Assembly: GCA_021824095.1 (NCBI GenBank)
Contig: JAKALQ010000002.1
Span: 935-64,934 of the forward strand
Source: Actinomycetes bacterium
Lineage (GTDB): Bacteria > Actinomycetota > Actinomycetes > S36-B12 > UBA5976
Direction: 5' to 3'
Length of the DNA stretch: 64,000 nucleotides
Of the stretch, positions 20,108 to 28,032 are shown one piece after another (position 1 is the stretch's first letter; the number at the start of each line of letters is the position of its first letter). The notes under the pieces were generated by a model that was not told the DNA's origin, made no database searches, and worked only from the letters and a program-made list of their open reading frames with translations. The position numbers were made by a program, and so were the translations under genes.

Positions 20108-20143
20108 GCTGTGGGGGGCCATCCGAGCGGATGGCCCCCCACA
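20108..20143. terminator. Bidirectional stem-loop between the convergent ABC exporter and NiCoT genes
   Basis: CTGTGGGGGGCCATCCG / CGGATGGCCCCCCACAG, 17-nt complementary arms. Confidence 0.65.
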
Positions 20144-20160
20144 GCGATGTCGGGCGTGCG

Positions 20161-21300
20161 TCAGATCTGGAAGACGACGGGATCGTGTGCGTGCTGGGTC
20201 TCGTCGATGCCGCTGCTGTAGCGCTCCTCGTAGCGGCCGAAGCGCCACACGGCCACCGAGAGCAGCCACGCCAGTACGAAGGAGCCGACGATCCAGTAGC
20301 CGAGCCCGCTGAGGTTGACGCCCGCGATGGTGCTGATGACGGGGACACCGGAGAGGTCGACCTTCGCCGAGATCACCTGGATGACCTCGATGGTGCCGAT
20401 GACGAGCGCGACGAAGATCGAGAGGCCCGTCGTCGTGATGTTGTAGTAGATCTTGCGCAATGGCGACGTGAACGCCCAGGCGTAGGCCTTCGTCATGAAG
20501 ATGCCGTCAAGGGAGTCCATGAGGCTCATGCCGGCGGCGAAGATGAGCGGCAGCGCGATGATCGCGAGCGGGGGCAGGGTGCCACCGACAGTGCCGACGG
20601 CCGCCGTCGCCGACAGCCCGAGCAGCGCCACCTCGGTGGCAGTGTCGAAGCCGAGGCCGAAGAGCACCCCGATGGGGTACAGCTGCCACGCATGGTCGAA
20701 GCCGTTCTTGAACCAGCCACGGAAGATGCGGCGCATGAGCCCACGCTCGTTGAGCAACTCGGTGAGGTGCTCGTGCGAGAACTGCCCCGTCTTCGCCTGC
20801 TTCCAGACCTTCCAGATGCCGACGAGCACAATGAGGTTGAGGATGCCCACGAGGTAGAGGAAGAACGCCGACACGGAGGCACCGATGACGCCACCGGCCG
20901 CGGCGAAGCTGTGCTGGAACTTCACCGCCTGCTTGGCGGCGAAGGCGATGGCGACCGAGAGCGAGAGCACGATCGTGGAGTGCCCGAGCGAGAAGAAGAG
21001 CCCGACCGCAAGCGGCCGCCGATGCTTCGCGAGCATGAGGCGCGTGGTGTCGTCGATGGCTGAGATGTGGTCGGCGTCGAAGGCGTGCCGCAGGCCGAAC
21101 GAGTAGGCGAGGGCGCCGGCGCCGGCGTAGACGAGTGCGCCCTTGCCGTCCACGAGGCTGTGGTACTCGGGGCGGCTGTTGTAGTAGATGAAGAGCCCCC
21201 ACCCGAGCACATGCAACGTGATGACGGTGGCTGCCACGGCGACGAGGGTGGGGATCTCGTCACGCGTGAAGCGCAGGTGTTGCCGGAGTGCACGGATCAT
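20161..21300 (-). CDS. HoxN/HupN/NixA-family nickel/cobalt transporter (NiCoT)
   Basis: Signature RHAFDADHISAIDDTTR in TM2 and the 8-TM layout typical of NiCoT. Confidence 0.9.
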   Translation of the reverse strand: MIRALRQHLRFTRDEIPTLVAVAATVITLHVLGWGLFIYYNSRPEYHSLVDGKGALVYAGAGALAYSFGLRHAFDADHISAIDDTTRLMLAKHRRPLAVGLFFSLGHSTIVLSLSVAIAFAAKQAVKFQHSFAAAGGVIGASVSAFFLYLVGILNLIVLVGIWKVWKQAKTGQFSHEHLTELLNERGLMRRIFRGWFKNGFDHAWQLYPIGVLFGLGFDTATEVALLGLSATAAVGTVGGTLPPLAIIALPLIFAAGMSLMDSLDGIFMTKAYAWAFTSPLRKIYYNITTTGLSIFVALVIGTIEVIQVISAKVDLSGVPVISTIAGVNLSGLGYWIVGSFVLAWLLSVAVWRFGRYEERYSSGIDETQHAHDPVVFQI

Positions 21301-21312
21301 GGCCCGACCTTA

Positions 21313-21329
21313 TTGCAAACGATTCGCAA
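21313..21329. promoter_or_regulatory. Nur-box-like site TTGCAA-ACGAT-TCGCAA upstream of the NiCoT gene
   Basis: 16 of 17 positions fit a TTGCAA-N5-TTGCAA pattern. It abuts the TAAGGT hexamer (minus strand, 21307-21312) that lies 6 nt before the ATG. Confidence 0.55.
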
Positions 21330-21386
21330 CTGACAAAGTTTCGCGGACCGAGGTCCACCAGTCGCAGCAACGTCGGACGGGGGGCG

Positions 21387-21427
21387 GGGCATTCCCCGTG
21401 TCGCCGGATGCGACCCGGGGAATGCCC
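21387..21427 (-). terminator. Stem-loop immediately after the NAD-GDH stop
   Basis: GGGCATTCCCCG / CGGGGAATGCCC (12 bp) with an inner GTCGC/GCGAC hairpin. Confidence 0.6.
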
Positions 21428-21428
21428 G

Positions 21429-24400
21429 TCAGGCAGCGAGGTTGCGCATGACCCGCAGGAGCACGGACATGGACGCGAGCGTCGGCTCGTCGAGCGACAG
21501 GATCTCGGCGAGCGTCCCCCGCGCTCGTGCCACGGCCCCCGCGTTGCGCTGTTCCCAGGCGTCGATGCGCGCATCGGCGGCATCGGCGGCGGCCGTGGAG
21601 CGCGCGATGCGCTCGACAATCGACGCGGTGGCCGCGTAGAGGTCGCTGCGCAACGCCAGGCGCGCCAGGGTGTCCCACCGGCTCTGGCGCGGCAGGCGCG
21701 TGATGCGGGTGAGTGCCGGGTCGATCTCGTAGCGGTCGTTGAACGCGAAGTACAGCGGCAGCAGGGTCTCGGGCGCCTCGCCGATGGTCTCCGCGATGTG
21801 GAACACATCGAGCAGCGAGAACGAGTCGAGCAGGCTGGTGACCGCGGTGGCCACCGCGTCCGGCACGCCCGCCGCCACGTGCTGGTCGCGCAGCGCGACG
21901 AGGTTGGCCAACTCGACGCCACGCATGTGGCGCGACACCTCGGGCGCCCATCGCGACACGAGCGGCTGCAGGTGCGCGATCATGCCGGGCACGTCGATGT
22001 CGGCGCCGTAGCGCTGCAGGATCCAGCGGGTGGCGCGGTCGAGCAGGCGCCGCATCTCGAGGTGCATGCGGTCCTGTTCAGCCGTCGGCACGAGGGTGTC
22101 GAGGGCGTTCACCGCGTCCCAGACGCGCCGCAGGTCGAACACCTCGATGACGACCGTGGCCGCCTTCACCACGTCGACGGCGGAGGCGTTCGTCTCCTCC
22201 ATCGCCCGGAAGACGAAGGTGAGGCCACCGAGGTTGATGAGCGCGTTGCAGGTGACGGTGTCGACGATCTGCGCCTTCAACTGGTGCTGCTCGAGCAGGT
22301 CCGGGTAGCGCTCGACGAGCGTATGCGGGAAGTAGCGCCGCAACATGACCGAGTACCACGGATCGTCGCCGAGTCGGTGCTCGGCGAGGGCCCGCACGAG
22401 CGAGATCTTCGCGTACGCGAGGAGCACGCACAGCTCGGGTGAGGTGAGGCCCTCATTCGCCGCCTCACGCGCCGCGAGCTCGCGATCGCTCGGCAGGAAC
22501 TCCAGCCCGCGGTCGAGGATGCCGCGCGCCTCGAGGTCGCCGATCATGCGCCGGGCCACACTCACCATGCGGGCAGCCTCACCGCGCTCGATGCCGAGCA
22601 CGACGCTCTGCCCGTAGTTGTCGGCAAGCACGTGCGCGGCGACCTCGTCCGTCATCGACGCCAGCAGCTCCCCGCGCTGGTCAGCGGTGAGGCCACCGGC
22701 CGCGACGAGCGGCTGCAGCAGGATCTTGATGTTCACCTCGTGATCGGAGGTGTCGACGCCCGCGGAGTTGTCGATGGCATCGGTGTTCACCCGGATGCCC
22801 GCCCGCGCGGCCTCGATGCGCCCCAGCTGCGTGCAGCCGAGGTTGCCACCCTCGCCGATGACGCGGCAGCGCAGCTCGTCACCATTCACGCGGATGGCGT
22901 CGTTGGCCTTGTCACCGACGTCGGCATGCGTCTGGGTGCGCGCCTTCACATAGGTGCCGATGCCGCCGTTCCACAGCAGATCGACGGGGGCGCGGAGGAT
23001 CGCGTGGATGAGCTCGGTGGGCGCGAAGGACGCGCGATCGGGATCGAGCCCGAGCACGGCACGTGCCTCCTGCGAGGGCGTGATGGCCTTGGCCGACCTC
23101 GAGTACACGTCGCCGCCGGCCGAGATGACGGCGCGGTCGTAGTCCTGCCAGCTGGAGCGAGGCAGCGCGAACAGGCGCTGGCGCTCGGCGAGCGAGGCCG
23201 CCGGATCCGGGTTGGGGTCGATGAAGATGTCGCGGTGGTCGAACGCGGCGACGAGCCGCAGCTGCGGCGAGAGCATCATGCCGTTGCCGAAGACGTCGCC
23301 ACTCATGTCACCGATGCCAACGGCCGTGAAGGGCTGCGTCTGGGTGTCGATGCCCATCTCGCGGAAGTGCCGCTTCACGGCCTCCCAGGCGCCGCGGGCC
23401 GTGATGCCCATGGCCTTGTGGTCGTAGCCGACGGAGCCGCCGGATGCGAAGGCGTCATCGAGCCAGAAGCCGTACTCGTGCGCGATCGAGTTCGCGAGGT
23501 CGGAGAAGGTGGCCGTGCCCTTGTCGGCGGCGACGACGAGGTAGGGGTCGTCGCCGTCATGGCGGACGACGTCCGCCGGTGGCACGACCGCACCCTGCAC
23601 GAGGTTGTCGGTGATGTCGAGCAGCGCCCCGAGGTACTCGCGGTACGAGGCCTGCCCCTCCGCGAACCAGGCGGCCCGGTCGACGGCGGGGTCGGGCAGG
23701 TGCGCCGGCACGAAGCCGCCCTTCGCCCCGACGGGCACGATGACGGCGTTCTTCACCTCCTGCGCCTTCACGAGCCCGAGGATCTCGGTGCGGAAGTCCT
23801 CGGAGCGATCACTCCAGCGCAGGCCGCCACGGGCCACGTCGCCGAAGCGCAGGTGCACGCCCTCGACGCGCGGCGAGCAGACCCAGATCTCGTACTTCGG
23901 ACGCGGCAGTGGCGCATCGGGCACCGCGCGGCCGTCGAACTTGAACGACAGGGCCTGCCGCGGCTTCGTCGCCACCAGGAAGGCGTTGGTGCGCAGCGTC
24001 GCCCGGATGAGGGCGAGGAAGGTGCGCAGGACGCGGTCCTGGTCGAGGCTTGAGACGCCGTCGAGGGCGGCCTCGATGTCGGCCACGAGCGCCGACTGCG
24101 CGGCAGTGCGGTCACCGGTGAAGGCGGGATCGAGCCGCGCGTGGAACAGCGCGACGAGGCTGCGGGCGATGCCGACGTTGCCGGCGAGCACCGACTGCAG
24201 GAAGCCCTGGCCATACGGGGTGCCGAGCTGCTTCAGGTAGTGGCCGTAGGCGCGCAGCACGGCAGCCTCCTGCCAGGTGATGCCGGCAGCGGCGACGAGC
24301 GCGTTGTAGCGATCGTCCTCGCAGCGACCCTCCCAGGTGGCGCGGAAGGCATCCGATGCCCGCTGCGGCAGCGTGTCGCGGTCGGGCAGGTCGGCGTCGG

Positions 24401-26270
24401 TGAACTGCACGTCGAAGTCGAGCACCCAGGCCGTGCCCGTCGGGCGCTCGATGGAGTACGGCCGCTCGGCGATGACGTCCATGCCCATGTGCTGCATGAG
24501 CGGCAGCAGGCGGGAGACGGGGATCTCGTCACCGACACGGTTGACCTTGAACTGCACGCATCCCGGGCGCTGCGGATCGTCGAGCCAGCGCAGGCCGACC
24601 GCACCCTCGCCGAGGGAGCGCAGGCTCAGTGCATCCGCGAGGGCCTCGACAGCATCGAAGTCCTCCTTGTAGGCCTCCGGGAAGGCGTCGGCGAACTCGT
24701 GCAGCAGGCCCTGCGCGCTGGCCTCGTCGAGGGCGTCGGTGACGTGCTCGGCGAAGCGCTCCTCCCAGCCCTTCGTGGCCTCGGCCAGCCGGTGCTCGAG
24801 ATCGGCGATGTCGACCTGCGGGAGCTGCGCCCCCGGCTCAAGCTGGATGACGAAGTGCACGCGCGCGAGCTGGTGCTCGGTGACGAGCGCCGTGTAGTCA
24901 CTGCCCGTGCCGCCGAAGGCCTCGCGCAGCATGGTGTCGAGGGCGAGGCGGACCGCGGTGTTGTAGCGGTCGCGCGGCAGGTACACGAGGCAGGACACAT
25001 AGCGGCCGTAGTCGTCGTGGCGGACGAACAGCCGCGTCTGGCGCAGGGCACGCAGCTGCCCCGCCGCGGAGGCCACGTGCACGAGCTGCTCGGTGTGGGT
25101 CTGGAACAGCTCGTCGCGCGGGTAGGTCTCGAGGAACTGCAGCAGGTCGCGGGCCGAATGCGAGTCGGTGACGATGTCGAGCGCATCGAGCACGCCCTGG
25201 GCCCGTCGACGCACCACCGGGATCTCGGTGACCGATGCGGCATAGGCCTCTGACGTGAAGAGGCCGAGGAAGCGCTGCTCGCCGATGACGTTGCCAGCGG
25301 CGTCGAAGGTCTTGATGCCGATGTGGTCGAAGGGCGCGCGACGATGCACGGTGGAGCGCGCATTGGCCTTGTTCACGATGAGCAGGTGCCGGTCGAGCGC
25401 GGTGTCGCGCGCCATCGGCGTCATGGCATCGAGGCTGCGGGTGTGTGCCGACACGTCGTCGTCGCCCAGGCGCAGGATGCCGAGGCCGGAGTCGGCAAGC
25501 GGACGGATGGCCTGACCGTCGGGACCGTTGGCGATCTCGTACTCGCGGTAGCCGAGGAAGGTGAAGTGGTCATCGAGGAGCCACTGGAGCAGGTCGATGG
25601 CCTCGAGCACGTCCTCCGCCGGGATGCCCGTGGGCGGGGCCTGGCGCAGTGAGGCCATGATGGACGACGCACGCTTCATCATCGGATGCCAGTCGGCGTT
25701 GGCGAGGCGCACATCGCGCAGCACCCCGCGCACGGACACCTCGAGCGCCTCGGGATCCGGTGCACCGTCGATGCGGATGACCATCCACGATTCGGCGTGC
25801 GCACCATCGGGCAGCTGCTCGTCGACGTCGAGGTCGAGCGTGCGCACGAAGGCGCCGTCGGCACTGCGCTCCACGACGAGCTGTGGGTGCAGCATCGAGA
25901 GCACTGCACGCCCGGCAGCGGTGAGGGCCATCGTGACCGAGTCGACGAGGAACGACATGTCGTCGGTGACGACGAGCAGGTAGGTGCGCTGCCCGTCGAG
26001 GAGGAGCCGGACGACCGGCTCGCCGGGCATGCGCCGGGCGGCCGCATCGCGAATGGCACGGATGGCCCGGGCCAGGGAGTCGGGGTCGTCGTGCCGGACG
26101 TCGATCGTGGCCGACCGGTGGAGGAACCGCCGCGCGAGGAGGCGGGTGTCGTCGGGATCCTGAGCGAAGCGGGCCTGCAGGTCGGCAGTGAATGCGCCGA
26201 GGTCGCCCGCGCCGTAGTGCGCCATATTGGAAGCGTAGATCGGGCCGACGCCGGACGGCATGGTCGCCAA
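21429..26270 (-). CDS. NAD-specific glutamate dehydrogenase, large (about 180 kDa) type
   Basis: About 1610-aa ORF with the architecture and sequence of giant bacterial NAD-GDH. The track start at 26270 is a TTG. The ATG at 26261 (MPSGVG...) is an equally likely start. Confidence 0.9.
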   Translation of the reverse strand: MATMPSGVGPIYASNMAHYGAGDLGAFTADLQARFAQDPDDTRLLARRFLHRSATIDVRHDDPDSLARAIRAIRDAAARRMPGEPVVRLLLDGQRTYLLVVTDDMSFLVDSVTMALTAAGRAVLSMLHPQLVVERSADGAFVRTLDLDVDEQLPDGAHAESWMVIRIDGAPDPEALEVSVRGVLRDVRLANADWHPMMKRASSIMASLRQAPPTGIPAEDVLEAIDLLQWLLDDHFTFLGYREYEIANGPDGQAIRPLADSGLGILRLGDDDVSAHTRSLDAMTPMARDTALDRHLLIVNKANARSTVHRRAPFDHIGIKTFDAAGNVIGEQRFLGLFTSEAYAASVTEIPVVRRRAQGVLDALDIVTDSHSARDLLQFLETYPRDELFQTHTEQLVHVASAAGQLRALRQTRLFVRHDDYGRYVSCLVYLPRDRYNTAVRLALDTMLREAFGGTGSDYTALVTEHQLARVHFVIQLEPGAQLPQVDIADLEHRLAEATKGWEERFAEHVTDALDEASAQGLLHEFADAFPEAYKEDFDAVEALADALSLRSLGEGAVGLRWLDDPQRPGCVQFKVNRVGDEIPVSRLLPLMQHMGMDVIAERPYSIERPTGTAWVLDFDVQFTDADLPDRDTLPQRASDAFRATWEGRCEDDRYNALVAAAGITWQEAAVLRAYGHYLKQLGTPYGQGFLQSVLAGNVGIARSLVALFHARLDPAFTGDRTAAQSALVADIEAALDGVSSLDQDRVLRTFLALIRATLRTNAFLVATKPRQALSFKFDGRAVPDAPLPRPKYEIWVCSPRVEGVHLRFGDVARGGLRWSDRSEDFRTEILGLVKAQEVKNAVIVPVGAKGGFVPAHLPDPAVDRAAWFAEGQASYREYLGALLDITDNLVQGAVVPPADVVRHDGDDPYLVVAADKGTATFSDLANSIAHEYGFWLDDAFASGGSVGYDHKAMGITARGAWEAVKRHFREMGIDTQTQPFTAVGIGDMSGDVFGNGMMLSPQLRLVAAFDHRDIFIDPNPDPAASLAERQRLFALPRSSWQDYDRAVISAGGDVYSRSAKAITPSQEARAVLGLDPDRASFAPTELIHAILRAPVDLLWNGGIGTYVKARTQTHADVGDKANDAIRVNGDELRCRVIGEGGNLGCTQLGRIEAARAGIRVNTDAIDNSAGVDTSDHEVNIKILLQPLVAAGGLTADQRGELLASMTDEVAAHVLADNYGQSVVLGIERGEAARMVSVARRMIGDLEARGILDRGLEFLPSDRELAAREAANEGLTSPELCVLLAYAKISLVRALAEHRLGDDPWYSVMLRRYFPHTLVERYPDLLEQHQLKAQIVDTVTCNALINLGGLTFVFRAMEETNASAVDVVKAATVVIEVFDLRRVWDAVNALDTLVPTAEQDRMHLEMRRLLDRATRWILQRYGADIDVPGMIAHLQPLVSRWAPEVSRHMRGVELANLVALRDQHVAAGVPDAVATAVTSLLDSFSLLDVFHIAETIGEAPETLLPLYFAFNDRYEIDPALTRITRLPRQSRWDTLARLALRSDLYAATASIVERIARSTAAADAADARIDAWEQRNAGAVARARGTLAEILSLDEPTLASMSVLLRVMRNLAA

Positions 26271-26328
26271 CCGCTCGCCCTCCCGTCGTCCGGTCGAAGG
26301 CAGGAGCCGCGGGTCGGAGGGACGTGAT

Positions 26329-27015
26329 CTACGGCACGAATCGGTAGCCGAAGCCAGCCTCGGTGAGGAAGTAGCGGGGGTTGCTCGGGTCGGGTTCGAG
26401 CTTCTTGCGCACCTGCATCATGTACACGCGCAGGTAGTGGGTGGCGTCGGCGTAGGCGGGGCCCCAGACCTTCGTGAGCAGCTGCTTGCCGGTGACGAGG
26501 CGGTCTGGATTGCGCACGAGCACCTCGACGATGCCCCACTCGAGCCGGGTGAGGTGCACGTCGGCGCCGTTGCGCACCACCTTCATGTGCTGCAGGTCGA
26601 TGGTGAAGTCGTCGGTGCGTACCACGGGGGCCTCAGGCGTGGCGGTGCTGGCGCGGCGCAGCATGGCGCGAAGGCGGGCGAGCAGTTCCTCGACGGAGAA
26701 GGGCTTCGTGAGGTAATCGTCGGCACCGGCGTCGAGCGCCTGCACCTTGTCGCTGTCGCCCTGGCGGGCCGAGAGCACGAGGATCGGCACGGCCGACCAG
26801 GCTCGCAGGGCCGCAATGACGTCGACGCCCTCGATGTCCGGCAGGCCCAGATCGAGCACCACGAGGTCGGCCGGATTGCGGGCCAGTTGGGTGAGGGCGT
26901 CGGCACCGCTCGATGCGATCGCCACCTCGTACCCGCGCGCCTGCAGGTTGACGCGCAGGGCGCGCGCCATGCCCTCGTCGTCCTCGACGACCTGGACGCG
27001 GATCGGATTCGTCAT
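26329..27015 (-). CDS. OmpR-family response regulator, KdpE-like
   Basis: Receiver domain with LDLGLPDIEG, RAWSAVPILVLSAR and DKVQALDAGADDYLTKPF, as in KdpE. Winged-helix C-terminus. ATGA overlap with the kinase stop. Confidence 0.85.
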   Translation of the reverse strand: MTNPIRVQVVEDDEGMARALRVNLQARGYEVAIASSGADALTQLARNPADLVVLDLGLPDIEGVDVIAALRAWSAVPILVLSARQGDSDKVQALDAGADDYLTKPFSVEELLARLRAMLRRASTATPEAPVVRTDDFTIDLQHMKVVRNGADVHLTRLEWGIVEVLVRNPDRLVTGKQLLTKVWGPAYADATHYLRVYMMQVRKKLEPDPSNPRYFLTEAGFGYRFVP

Positions 27016-28028
27016 GCTGCCACCCGGAGCGCGATCGTGATGCGCAGGCCGCCGCGTGGACTGCGCGCTGCCGACACCGTACCGCCCATGGCCTCGACGA
27101 ACCCGCGCACGATCGCGAGGCCCAGGCCGGTGCCGCCGCGTGACCGGTCACCGGCCGTGCGGTAGGGCTCGAAGAGCGTGTCGAGCTGATCGTCGGCGAT
27201 GCCCCGGCCGTTGTCGTCGAGGTGGATGAGCACCCGCTCGCCGTCGCGCTCGGCCGTGATGAGCACGTCGGTGTTCACCCCGCCATGGCGCTGTGCGTTC
27301 ACGAGGACGTTGTGGACCGCCTGCTCCATGAGCCCGGGGTCGGCCACGACCATCGGGAGGTCGGTGGGCAGTCGGTACTGGCGCGGCACGCGGGGCAGGC
27401 GCTTGGAGCGCATGAGGTCCGCCACTTCCACGGCCACCGGTTGCGCGATGGGGGCGCCGGCCTCAAGCCGGGCCTGGGCGAGCAGGTTCGACAGCAGGTC
27501 GGCGAGGCGGTCGGCCTCCTCGTCGACGAGGTGCCAGGCGTCGGACATGTCGTCGGCACTCCACACCACGTCCTTCGCGAGCACCCCCGAGGCGGTGGCC
27601 TTGATGGTGGAGATGGGGGCACGCAGGTCATGGCCGAGCGCCGCGAGCAACGTCGCGCGGGAGCGGTCGATCTCCACCACCTGCTCCCGCTCGGTGCGCT
27701 CGTGCTCGGCGCGCGCTGCGAGGGCTCGCGAGCGGCGCACCACGAGCGCCGTCGTGAGGGCCACCACCATGAAGGCGGTGAGGTCGACGACGGTGGCCGG
27801 GTTGGCGATGCGGAGGCTGTGGTAGGGCTCGGTGAAGAACCAGTTCACGAGCGACACGGCGATGACCGCAGCCACCCCGGCTGCCGTCACGGTGCCGAGG
27901 ACGGCCACGAGCACGACCGTCATGAGGTGGACGAGCAGCACGGTGCCGAGGTCGAGGTGCGCGCGCAATGGCAGCATCACCGCGGTCGCCGCGGGCACGA
28001 GCAGCAGCCAGGACCAGCGCCGGAGCAC
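27012..28028 (-). CDS. Sensor histidine kinase, KdpD C-terminal-half-like (DUF4118 TM domain + HisKA + HATPase). Lacks the KdpD N-terminal and Usp sensor domains
   Basis: TM block ending VNWFFTEPYHSLRI, H-box LGHDLRAPIS, G-box GTGLGLAIV. GTG 28028 lies 5 nt after the kimA-like stop (28033-28035). The track start at 28106 would overlap that gene by 74 nt. Confidence 0.8.
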   Translation of the reverse strand: MLRRWSWLLLVPAATAVMLPLRAHLDLGTVLLVHLMTVVLVAVLGTVTAAGVAAVIAVSLVNWFFTEPYHSLRIANPATVVDLTAFMVVALTTALVVRRSRALAARAEHERTEREQVVEIDRSRATLLAALGHDLRAPISTIKATASGVLAKDVVWSADDMSDAWHLVDEEADRLADLLSNLLAQARLEAGAPIAQPVAVEVADLMRSKRLPRVPRQYRLPTDLPMVVADPGLMEQAVHNVLVNAQRHGGVNTDVLITAERDGERVLIHLDDNGRGIADDQLDTLFEPYRTAGDRSRGGTGLGLAIVRGFVEAMGGTVSAARSPRGGLRITIALRVAA

Positions 28029-28032
28029 GTGG

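Noticed and set aside
21301-21386. Cobalamin riboswitch upstream of the NiCoT transporter
   Set aside because: Only about 85 nt separate the NiCoT start from the terminator of the neighbouring gene. No B12-box-like sequence was seen, and the promoter geometry suggests a leaderless mRNA.
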